A stretch of DNA of 63,964 nt, counting the filler, from Octopus bimaculoides (taxonomy: Eukaryota): assembly GCF_001194135.2 (NCBI RefSeq). It is 7 parts of 7 records of this genome, joined end to end, with 100 filler letters (N's around TTAATTAATTAA, not from the genome) between each part and the next. Parts side by side here need not be neighbours in the genome. Positions count along the whole stretch, not along the records: positions 1 to 15,201 come from NC_068999.1; positions 15,302 to 25,817 come from NC_068993.1; 5 more parts are not named here. The stretch is one strand, 5' to 3'. A model generated the notes under the pieces. It worked only from the letters and a program-made list of their open reading frames with translations, searched no databases and was not told where the DNA came from. A program made the position numbers and the translations under genes. Below, piece by piece: positions 12,725 to 23,365 of this stretch; positions within the stretch are counted from its first letter, which is position 1, and each line of letters begins with the position of its first letter.

Positions 12725-13070
12725 TGTGTTTGTCTACATGAGAATTATGCTAATGGTACACGTGTGAGTGTTTATTGAGCGAAAACACCTAAAGTTCCAC
12801 GAGGCTCCGGCAGGGGATGGTGGCGAACCCTGCTGTACTCTTTCACCACAACTTTCTCTCACTCTTGCTTCCTGTTTCTGTTGTGCCTGTAATTCAAAGG
12901 ACCAGCCTTGTCAGACTGTGTCACGCTGAATATCCCCGAGAACTACGTTAAGGGTACACGTGTCTGTGGAATGCTCAGCCACTTGCACGTTAATTTCACG
13001 AGCAGGCTGTTCCGTTGATCGGATCAACTGGAACCCTCGACGTCGTAAGCGACGGAGTGCCAACAACAAT
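12725..13070 (+). mobile_element. Retroposon 3' portion ending in twin stem-loops and a (CAA)n tail
   Basis: GC-richer block ending gttccgttgatcggatcaactggaac and ctcgacgtcgtaagcgacggag, then tgccaacaacaa; family not assigned. Confidence 0.55.
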
Positions 13071-13147
13071 ACAAACATGGTTCCGAGTTCATTTCCGCTG
13101 CGTGTCACCTTGGATATGTATTTAATTGACAGATAGATAGATAGATT

Positions 13148-13199
<52 letters not shown>

Positions 13200-13718
13200 C
13201 ATACATACATACATACATACATACATACATACATACATACATACCTACATGCATGCATACATGCATACATACATACATACATACATACATACATTCATGC
13301 ATACATGCATACATACATACATACATACATACATACATACATACATACATACATCAAATTATAGTCAAAAGAAAGCGACATTTAAAAGCAAAAATCTCTA
13401 GACACTATCGTGTTTCTAGCAGTCAAATATTCATTAATACATACGAGCACGAGATTGTTTCATCAGCGGAACTGCAAAGAGAACCTCCTGATATTTTTAT
13501 TAGTTACATACTCACTAGTGGTTTCGAAATGGAGCGTTGTGTGGCAAGGTGTATCAAGAAATGTCATAGGAGCTATCTTGGAGCACTCAGTTTTTGTTTT
13601 TTTTTATTGTTATTCAAGGCTTTATGAAAGCCATACACTTATTAAAGCATCTTATAAAAGCTGTGTTGATATAATTTAGTTAAATACTAGTTTGAATATT
13701 GATACAAGTTAAGCAGTA

Positions 13719-14090
13719 GGTGCAGGCGCGGCTGTGTGGTAAGAAGCTTGCTTCCCAAACATATGGTTCCGGGTTCCATCTCAATGCGTGACACCTTAAG
13801 CAAGTGTCTTTTATTATAGCCTCGGGTCTACCAAAGCCTTGTGACTGGATTTTATAAACGAAAACAATAAAGAAGCCGATCATATATATGTATGTGCTGT
13901 GCTTGTCCTCCCCACCACTTGACAACCGGTGTTGTTTTGTTCACGGCCCTCAACTTAGCGGTTTCTGGAAAAGAGGTCGACTGAATAAATACCAAGCTCT
14001 AAAAAACAAGTACTGCAGTCGATTCATTGACTTAAAAATTCTCCAAGGCGTTAACACAGCATGGTCGCAGTCTCATGACTGAAACAAGAA
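13719..14090 (+). mobile_element. Full-length family A SINE (tRNA head + CORE + internal microsatellite + 3' module)
   Basis: ggcgcggctgtgtggtaagaag (A box), ggttccgggttcc (B box), gacaccttaagcaagtgtc (CORE-like), 3' gcatggtcgcagtctcatgactgaaacaag. Confidence 0.9.
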
Positions 14091-14751
14091 TAGTATAAAT
14101 ACTTTTTTTCAATTTTCTTTTATTTATCAATTTTTTTAATCCTACCTTTCCAAACGATGTGTGGCAGTAATTTTTCAACTGTCCATGTGAAATACGACAC
14201 TATCATTTTATCTTTTTCTGATCTCCGGTGCACAACGAAATCAAGTAGATCGAGAAGCACTCCACTGATATACAGTGTAGCGGGGAAATTGTTGATGTAT
14301 GTAAACAGACGAAATATCAAAGACACAATTATGTTCAATTACCTTTGTAAAAGACTTCACGCTGAGTGTATTCGAATCACCAAAATTAAAGCATAAAAAA
14401 TAGACTTTAAAATTAACTTACTGTAAAGTGTTGTTATAGTAATTATAGGAAAGAAATGATAACTCGCAATTATAGCGAAAATATTTCTTTTGTGTAAAGC
14501 AGTAAGTAGAGAGCACACTTAAAGTGGTTGGAAATTTAGATTTAGTGTAATAATATGATATACAAATAAGAACATCTAAAAGGAAGAAACACTTCAAGAT
14601 AAAACCAAACTACATATATGAAGTAAATATATAAATAGTTTATCTCTTTTCCACGTATCATCGTATTTCTAGCAGCCTACAAGTAAGATACTTTAGGCAC
14701 ATGTTCTGCTATATATTTAGGTACAAGTTCTACTATATTTATATTTATATA

Positions 14752-15000
14752 GACGTAGCTGTGTGGTATGAAGCTGGCTCACCGACCACATGGTTCCGAG
14801 TTCATTTCCGCTGCGTGTCACCTTGGATAAGTGTCTTCTAGTATAGCCGGCCATAAACCTCCTGATTAGATTTGGTAGACGGAACCTGAAAAATCGCTCA
14901 TCATATGTACGTGTGTGTGTGTTGGTCCCCGTAACTTAGCGGTTCAGCAAAAGAGGCTGGTAGAATATGTACCAAAGAAAAAGGGATGGGGTCGATTTAT
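14752..15000 (+). mobile_element. Family A SINE, internally deleted
   Basis: Same head/CORE and gtaacttagcggttcagcaaaagag module. Confidence 0.8.
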
Positions 15001-15339
15001 TAACAAAAAATAATGAATTTGCTTTCATTATAAAATTACATCTCAGTAAAAAACATCTTTTGGCTTCAGAATACAACGTTGTCTTTTTCTTTCTATATTT
15101 TTTAAGTTAGAATTTCTGGCTCATTTGTTGATGTGTGTAAGCAAACAAAAACTAAAGTAAACACGCAGATAGACACACACACACACACACACACACACAC
15201 ANNNNNNNNNNNNNNNNNNNNNNNNNNNNNNNNNNNNNNNNNNNNTTAATTAATTAANNNNNNNNNNNNNNNNNNNNNNNNNNNNNNNNNNNNNNNNNNN
15301 NGCGTTACATATATATACGGATAAATGATTTAAAATAAA

Positions 15340-15703
15340 TATATTTTGGAAATGGCGATTTACGGTACAATACCTAGAAACATGAAAATCAGACCACATG
15401 GGTTTGTTTACATCAATTCGGCAGTTTCCATAAAAAGTTTTGGTAAAGAACGCGAAAGAGATAGAGAGAGCGCACTCTCCCTCTCTATCTCTCTCCCTCC
15501 CTTACACACATGCCAGTTATCTCTCTTTCTTTCTCTCTCTCTCTCCCTGTCTCACACACACAGCAACATTACACACACACTCATTACATTACACACTTCA
15601 CATACGCACCACACTTTCTGTCTAGCATACTCACTATAAAAAGAAAGCGTGTATTTCTTTTTGGCAACATGTGTTTTGTGTGTAATGTTGGTGTGTGTGT
15701 GAG

Positions 15704-15734
<31 letters not shown>

Positions 15735-16162
15735 GAGATAACTGGTATGTGTGTATAAGGGAGGGAGAGAGAGAGAAGGTATTTTTTCTTTTTGCTTGTT
15801 GTTTCCTGCGTTTTTCTCTTTTTGCTTGTTAGCTGCCTACCACTCAGACGCTGGCAAACAAAATGTATCTCTCCTTCACCCTCCCTCTCACAAACATACA
15901 ATTTCTCTCTCTCTCTCTCTTGCCTTCACGCGCGTACACACAGATTTGACTTTGCCATGTCAACAAACTTCAAAATTGGTAAAAGTTTATCGATTTTTAC
16001 AGCTATACGCGGGTGCCTCTGAGAGAAAAACTTCGCTAAAATGCACATAAGGTTATGACACATCACCTCCTAAAATTGGAGCGACATGCGTGCTAATTTT
16101 TGGACGAGCATAAACTACATTCACGCACACACACACATCCTCTCTTTTATATATATACAGAT
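15340..16162 (+). mobile_element. Non-autonomous Helentron/DINE-1-like element (tentative) with internal inverted repeat
   Basis: 3' part aatttttggacgagcataaactac..cacacac..ttttatatatatacagat resembles HINE/DINE-1-type ends; ~95 bp inverted arms at 15481-15573 and 15681-15777. Confidence 0.45.
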
Positions 16163-16392
16163 ACCATTTAATAAACATCATCAGCATCATCATCATCATC
16201 ATCATCGTTTAATATCCATCTTCCATGCATGCATGGGTATTACAAATTGCATCGTGCTCTTCTTATTGTCTACCATTACTACTACTACTACTACTACTAC
16301 TATTATTAAAAATGATAATTTCTTTAATTCAAATGTAAGTTTCTAGAGAAATGATTGTAATTAAGATACTAATTGTATCATTATGAGTCTAA

Positions 16393-16514
16393 GACATTTA
16401 CTCCCCATGGACAATAACCCCCTGAGGATAACAGATGATGATTTAAAACTTCTTTATATATTGGAGAGTGGGGTAATTAACCAAGAGGGGTAGTTGTCTA
16501 GGGGAATTGTCCTG
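16393..16514. mobile_element. Small MITE-like element with ggacaa(t)nncccc sub-repeats in inverted orientation
   Basis: Left gacatttactcccc/ggacaataaccccc versus right ggggtagttgtc/ggggaattgtcc. Confidence 0.45.
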
Positions 16515-17951
16515 ATACGATTATTACAGCTGCTCTACTTTATTTAATTTGCTATTTTCTATCAGTCAACAGAAATATCATACAGACATATTTTCCCACT
16601 TGAACTGTAAGCCCCAAACTGATGATGGAACATTTACATAGTAGTTTGATCTAGAAATTGAAGCTAAATATCCCTCAAATCACTAGATAGTCCTAAGTAG
16701 CTACTTTATCATTTTATAATTTTCTCTTGAATTTTTCATTTTCTTTCCATTTTTTTTTTTTTTTTCATTTCACTTTTGTGATTGTGAGATAAACCATGTG
16801 CTAAAATAGCATGTACTTAAGTTCTATGATTTTCTCCTTGAAAATCAAGCAAGAAAATTTATTTCTTTAAAAATGAAAATTAAAACATTTAATCAACATC
16901 TAAATGGAAAGGGTCTGACAAAAAACTGTGAAACTATTAGATAAAATAAAGAAACTGTAGAAAAAGAACAAAAAAATCAGTCAGTATCATTGCAAGTTCA
17001 AATCACACATCATACGTACAAAATAACATACAGAAACAATGGGAAATGGTTTATTTTGAATAGGAAATAAAACTCAAAAAGGATTGCTTATAGACAACTT
17101 TGCTACACAATGAAAAGTAGAAAGAAATTTTGAATCAAATCAATATTATAAATCAAATGTCTTACCTAAAAAATACTATCTTAAGTGTATGCCAGAATGC
17201 CATTTTGCTTAAATGTTAAAAAATGTTGAAACAACAATAAAATCTAAACTTAATTGATATCGTCCCTTCAATAAGAAGTGAAGGATTAGATGATTTAGTT
17301 GTCAAAGTAACTGAAAAATTACTTGTAGAGCAAGAATTGAACATTTGACTTGGTCACCATAATTTTAAAGTTAGTCTGATTTTGACAAAACACAATGTGA
17401 TTATTGCAAAAAATTGCAAAAGATGGGCTAAATGAAATAATTTTACATAAACTGATCCTAATATGGAACATCATCTGAAATGTCGCATGGAAATAAGGCA
17501 TTATATTATAGGCACTAACTAATGAGATGATGTACAAAAGTCTTTATATTGATTCGAAAAACTTTATGCAGCCTAAAATTACAGATTTAATGAGACAACT
17601 TGAAACATAGAAAAGAAACAAGAAATAGTAGTGATGGTACTGATGATTTTAAATCAATGAAAGAAAAAAAAAGAAAACTATTCTAATATCAGGGAATTTA
17701 CTGTCTATAAGATAAATACTGCATAAAAAGGTTCCGTATATCTATTACCACATGTTTGTCTCTCTAACTGATTTCAGTCATTGGATTGCTGCCATATTGA
17801 AGTAGGTCTTCAGGGGTTTTAATAGTTCATATCAACATCATTATTTCAGTCTGGTACCTATTTTATCACTTAAACTGGCCATAACTATATACTCTACAGC
17901 TCTATAATTTAGAGTGTAATTCTTTTTCAGATTTATGATTTACTGACAATA

Positions 17952-18320
17952 AAAGCATCATTTGAGTGTGGCCGATGCCAGTGCACCTGACTGGCACCCA
18001 TGCTGGTGGCATGTAAAAAGCACCATTCGAGCATGGCCAATACCAGTGCCGCCTGATTGGCACCCATACAGGTGGCACATACAAAGCACCATTCAAGCAT
18101 GGCTGATGCCAGTGCTGCCTGACTGGCTCCCATGCTAGTGGCATGTAAAATGCACCCACTACATTCTCAGAATGGTTAGCATTAGGAAAGGCATCCAGCT
18201 GTAGAAACCTTGCCAAATCAGATTGGAGCCTGGTGCAGCCTCCCAACTTGCTAGTTCTCAGTCAAACTGTCCAACCCATGCCAGCATGGAAAGTGGACAT
18301 TAAACGATGACGATGATGAT
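17952..18320 (+). mobile_element. Retroposon 3' end (family D) with 3 x ~66 bp tandem unit and (GAT)n tail
   Basis: Units start 17952, 18017, 18083; followed by ggcatccagctgtagaaacc..aacccatgccagcatggaaagtggacattaaacgatgacgatgatgat; same family at 63200-63964; only the extreme 3' end at 16180-16250. Confidence 0.75.
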
Positions 18321-19804
18321 ATATACATATTGGGAAAGAGAGTCTTCTACTATATCGTAATTTGAACATTCCTTGTGTTACATGTGCTTTGGTTCGAAGC
18401 AATCATATTTTTGTTCTGTGAAGTTTGGTGATTTAGCCAAAAGGTATAATTGTTATACTGGACCAATTTTCATGAAGATTGGTATTTGGATGAAATAAGG
18501 CCACATGTTTGACCTAGAAACAACAAAATGAATTAAATGTTACAGGATTTATTTTTGTTTTTTCAGATATTTTGTAATTATTTACACCCCTGAAAAAGTA
18601 TTTAACTACTTACATAGTCATTTTGGCTGCCTTCAGTGTAATGATAATTCAAATTTCAACCTTATTTAGATACTAACAATGTTTACAGGACATTTATGTG
18701 TACTATTTCTTTTTAATATATCTAACTGTATTATAACAATAATATTTTCAAACACTATTTTAATGAATGCATATTGATATTATTCTTCTATATATTTTCC
18801 TTACATACTTCAATTTATCACCATCTACAATACTAAATAATATTGCTCCTATTCCTTTTTACACCCTATTCTCTATTTACTTCTATCTTTGAACTTCTAA
18901 TTTTTAATTTAATGTTGTTCATATCATTTTGTTGATATCAATCCCTACATTTCATAAACATAATCTCTAAGAACTTTTATTTGGTTTTATTTTGTTGATT
19001 TTTTTCTCTATCTCTACTATTTTTATTTTTATGGTTATGATGTTAAATATATGATTTTCCTATTCATTCTTTTATATCTATCAGGCATGCAGTGACCGAC
19101 AACAGAATGTTATAGTCGAGTCTTACTATATGGCTAGCTTGTCTACAAAAGTGTAAGGGGACCACTGAGGTTTGCGTGGGGATCCAGGAAGGGGAGGACA
19201 GAGTTGTGTAAGCGATAAATATGGAGTGGGAGTGGGATAGTAATGTTAATACATACAGTTGTCATTCAGAGATAAACACGTGCATGCTTTCAATCTCTTT
19301 CTGTCTCTTTCTCTCTGTCTATCACTCTCTTTCTGTTTGTTTGTCTGTCTTTCTGTCTCTCTCTGTAACACACACACATAAACACACTCACAAATCTATA
19401 AACAAGTATTTGACATTTAAACCGAAATTATCCAGAAATAACCGATGTATTACTTTTTCCCACTTATGAACAGACGATAAAGAAGTTATCGTCTGCTAAA
19501 TACTTAAAGTCAAATCACTTTTCTTTTCACGAAGACGACGCTTCAAGTCAACATTAATTATGAATTATTAATTTCGTTTTTATTATTTACAAAATTATAA
19601 TTACTTATTCATTTATCTCAAAGTTAGGAAGGCAGATTTTTAAAGGGAAACATTTAGTATCTTATCCCTTTTGGTATTGGAATTTTCCGTCATGTTCTGT
19701 TCTCAAAACCATCTAAAGTTTAAACTGAACATGACGTCCCTTACTGAATCTATTGAAAATTATTCAACAATTACATTAATTTATTAATTCACTCCTTTAA
19801 TAAA

Positions 19805-20180
19805 GACATGGGTGATGGTAACTGTATGTTCAGAGCTGTGTCACTCTAGTGCAAAAACAACAGAAATTACCAAACTCTTCGGGAAGAGTCCGTACAATAC
19901 ATATACAATAACTGGAAGTATTTTCATTCTTCTATTCCAGTTGGTACAGTGCAGGAATACCAAGGATATGTGAGTAGGGATGAGACATATGGTGATAATA
20001 TTGAATTAGCTGCCATTAGTGAATTGTACAATGTGGCAATTCAGGTTCATCACAAAAATGACGATGAAATTATTCTTCCTCTGTTCACTGTTTGTGGTGA
20101 ACATTTACAGAAAGGAAGATTTCAGTGTTATATAGTGGCAAATTTAACAACAGCCACTATGATACTTTCTTCCCCATAAA
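19805..20180 (+). pseudogene. OTU (ovarian tumour) cysteine protease / deubiquitinase domain, intronless and decayed
   Basis: DMGDGNCMFRAVSL*..LREESVQYI..YGDNIELAAISELYNVAIQV..[frameshift]VLYSGKFNNSHYDTF; catalytic D-x-x-C (19814-19825) and His (20155) motifs; one stop (19847) and one frameshift (~20112). Confidence 0.9.
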
Positions 20181-20499
20181 CAATCATGAACACGAAAGAA
20201 ATGTGGATGGAAATAAGATATCACAAGACAGTAAAAAAGACAAAAGAATGAGAATTTAAACACTTATGAAAATTGAAGAAAGTAAAAACCATCAGAAAGT
20301 TAGGTTGCAAAAAATGAGAGGAGGACAAGAGGACAAGAAGGTGATAAAGATAAGGAAATAAGATTGCAGAGAAAGAAGGACGATTATAGAAATAAAAATG
20401 TACAAGAAAATAAAAAAGATTAAGAAATACTATTGCAAAGAAAGAGAGAAAAAGGCAGAATAAATAGAAAACGAGAGTGAAAGCAACTGAAAAATACGA

Positions 20500-21544
20500 T
20501 TAAAATGGAGAAAACTTTCCTGAGAAAATCAGCTGAAGTATAGACGATTTCAAAGGCAAGGTGGTGGTGCGTTTCAAGAGTGAAGAAGAGGTGAAGAAGT
20601 ACTCCACTGTACCCCTGAGAACAGATAAGTGGGCACTGTTGCCTGTATACTGTGGCAGAAGAGCAGCAAGGATAAGGATAGGAAGAATACCCACCGAGAT
20701 AGATGAAGAATGGTTAGTAGCAGCAGTAATTTTTAATTGCAAGGAGGAAGTGGAAATTGTGAAAGTGGAAAAATCAAAGGAGATCAACTGGTGGGGCTTG
20801 GGGTTACAAATTTTAACCCATATAACCCTACCAGATCTACACAACATTGCAGAGGAGTTGGTGCTCCCCGATGACACCCGACTGAGAGTCGTGGTGGAGG
20901 GGAGGTCACCCGTGTGCTATAAATGTAGAAGTAGGGGACACATGCAGGTGAAGTGTCCCCTAAGAGAATTAGATATAGAAGAGTTACAGGTTGTTGAGGT
21001 GCATAAAGACGTTATGAGAGAGGAAGATGAAGAAAAAGACGAAGAGAAAGAAGAAAAAGAGGAAGAGATAATGGAAAAGAGACTGAAAAAGAGCTCGGGT
21101 GGAATCACCACCAAAAAAGAAGAGAGGAAAAAAGAAGATAGTAGATGAAATAGAAGATACAGAGATTAGAACTCAAGAAGCGGCGCAAGTAACGAGTGAA
21201 ATAATCGAAGCTGAAAAGAAGGAAAAATGAATGAGTGGGTAGATAAAGTACTAGAATGTATAGAATATAGTGAAAATGTAGAAAGACCTAAGGGACAGAT
21301 AAAGGAACGGAGATAGAAAATAGATTAGCGAAGATGAAAGGACTGGTGAGAGTAAAACTGGGCAAAGATATATTCAGACCAGAGGAAAAAAGCAGTGTTG
21401 ATGGAGAAAGAAATGATGGAAAGATTGAGAGAGGCGTTTCCGGACAATGTTAGAAAGTCGCAAATATATGTGCTTTACGAAAGTCTACCCAATGTGGTAG
21501 ATTGGGATCATCTAATGGAATTCATAACAGAAGAAATTTTTTAA
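20500..21544 (+). pseudogene. Gag/ORF1-like nucleic-acid-binding protein with CX2CX4HX4C zinc knuckle (L1/Tx1-like ORF1)
   Basis: 195-codon ORF 20561-21148 with VVVEGRSPVCYKCRSRGHMQVKC (knuckle 20915-20956), acidic/basic linker, and C-terminal block MMERLREAFPDNVRKSQIYVLYESLPNVVDWDHLMEFITEEIF*. Confidence 0.8.
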
Positions 21545-21559
21545 GATTAAAAAACTGTA

Positions 21560-21730
21560 TACAAGAACAGTAAAATAGAACTGCAAGCTTTGTGGGGCTC
21601 GTAAGTCATTTCATTTTCCCATCATAAATACTTCATTTTTCATCATTCGTTATATGTACCCCACGTTTGTGTTGTCTGTCCTTGTAGTGTCCATTCTTTG
21701 TTTAGGCTATATGCCTATAATAAAGATTCA
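21560..21730 (+). mobile_element. LINE/SINE-type 3' tail of the OTU-gag element
   Basis: ttgtctgtccttgt..tctttgtttag..aataaaga matches the SINE tail at 28902-28954. Confidence 0.65.
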
Positions 21731-21739
21731 TAGTTGAGT

Positions 21740-22170
21740 AGAGGTCATCTGAACGTGCGATATAACAATCCTATTAGTGGTCAGCAACAATTTAAGAGCT
21801 TGCTCAAAAATAAGACTTTGATTATCAGGAGGTGCAGTCTGTGTGGCATTGACACCAAGCACACTGGAATAGTGAGCCATGTGTTCCCAAACACTGTGTT
21901 ACCTGGTTGTTTACTTGAACAGATTCAGATATATAGACAATCAGATGGTCATGATTAATTTGCAGTTGATGACTTATTCTTCGAATAAGCATAACATTTA
22001 CAGCAGATTCTGACTGATCGGCTCAGTGTTGCACACATTAGCTAGTGTGGACTCCAGCCACTACACCAGCATTGTTCACAACCAGGACAAATGGGGCATC
22101 ATTGACAATGTCGTCTTTTCCAAGCAGTATATAGCTTTCCCATCTAAACTGCTTAACAACTACCTGTTCT
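21740..22170 (-). mobile_element. L2/CR1-type LINE RT C-terminal fragment, decayed
   Basis: VMLIRRISHQL..LIVYISES/VWEHMAHYSSVLG.NATQT..FEQALKLL parallels the LLRR..L.LY...VRPHMEY.S.VW...QKKA.RLI pattern. Confidence 0.5.
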
Positions 22171-22614
22171 TGGAAAAATTGAATTAAATTAAATTGAAAT
22201 GAAATTAATTTTTATGGCCGATATAAAGCAACAAGCATTATTTGATGAATGACTTGCTTGATGGTCAGATGGGAAATGTGACGAAGGTGGTGAAATATAA
22301 CTTTTTATCGCTATATAGCACTTTATTTGAATAGTTTCAGCACATTTTTGAATTTATTAGGATAATATGAATCTGGTCCCGCCATCAAAGAAAAATATTT
22401 CACTGCCATTTTTTGACTTTTGGGAAGTTGTGGGTCAGGTTTTCAGCTTTTATGGCAATTTTCGTTATATTGCAAAGTCATGTCACTCAACCAGATTCTT
22501 GTAACCATTTTATCTCTCTGTATGATAATAAACAAATATGACAATTATTATCGATTTTATTAAAAAATTTTTAATGTTGTAACAGTCACACTATGTCAAT
22601 TGGTTGACCTTTAG

Positions 22615-22680
22615 GTGTCAGTTTATTTGAGGCTGCCACACCATTAGGAGAAATACGGTACATATATAAAATATTACAAG
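22615..22680 (-). mobile_element. Possible Tc1/mariner-pogo-type terminal sequence (one end only)
   Basis: Minus strand begins TA|CCGTATTTCTCCTAAT; no partner end found. Confidence 0.25.
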
Positions 22681-23365
22681 CATTGCCTTAAAAAGTATGA
22701 AACTAGAATTGAAAAATGCACATGCAATTCTAGTTCAACTTTCTTATACCAAAATTATCTACTATTTTTTAATATATTACTTAATTTCCTTTTGCTTCCA
22801 TAGAAAACCATTTTATTAATTCTACTAATTCTATTCTTATTGTCTTCTATATCTTAATGTTTTGACATATTGACTCTCTGCATTTTGAAGTGTTATTCTT
22901 TTATCTATTTCAGCCCTAAGGCTGTGGTCATGCTGGGGCACTACCAGTGATTTTAAACATGGAATTTTTTTAACCTGAAAAGGAAGCTTAATATCTGCAG
23001 TAATTAAAAAATTGTACATATATTAATAGACATGTAAATAATTTATAATAAAATTTAATAAAATAAATTATTTATACATGTTTATTAATCTGCAAAATAA
23101 TTGTCATCAAATATGAATATTCAATGACGAAATAAATATTATTATAGTATATTTCTGTCTTTATTTATAATTTTATACACTCCTCATGTTTTTCTTTTGT
23201 ATCGTACTACATATTCTATATAGTTTGTAGAATGTTACATTAAAGAACTTTTTTATGAGTACCACCAGATTAGTTGAATTCATATATTGTGACTTAAATT
23301 TAAACACACATGCACATACATATGTATAGCATGTTTGAAGTGGTGTACAGTTATTGTATATTTAG

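Noticed and set aside
15246-15257. TTAATTAATTAA in the middle of ~100 bp N gaps (also 25862, 41595, 51996, 58075, 62609)
   Set aside because: Identical 12-mer centred in fixed-size gaps and giving stops in all six frames; an assembly gap linker, not biology.
17952-18150. Regular ~66 bp array as a CRISPR-like locus (also 61889-62018)
   Set aside because: Whole units are repeated with no unique spacers, the context is eukaryotic, and there are no cas genes.
19941-19969. AG/GT-bounded mini-exon (WYSAGIPRI), suggesting the OTU is part of a spliced host OTUD gene
   Set aside because: The OTU frame runs uninterrupted through both supposed splice sites and is decayed and intronless, which fits a mobile element better.
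22043-22170. Minus-strand frame ending ..FVLVVNNAGVVAGVHTS* as a host terminal exon (SDR-like VNNAG)
   Set aside because: Downstream broken frames continue with L2/CR1 RT-like motifs, and no SDR context is present.
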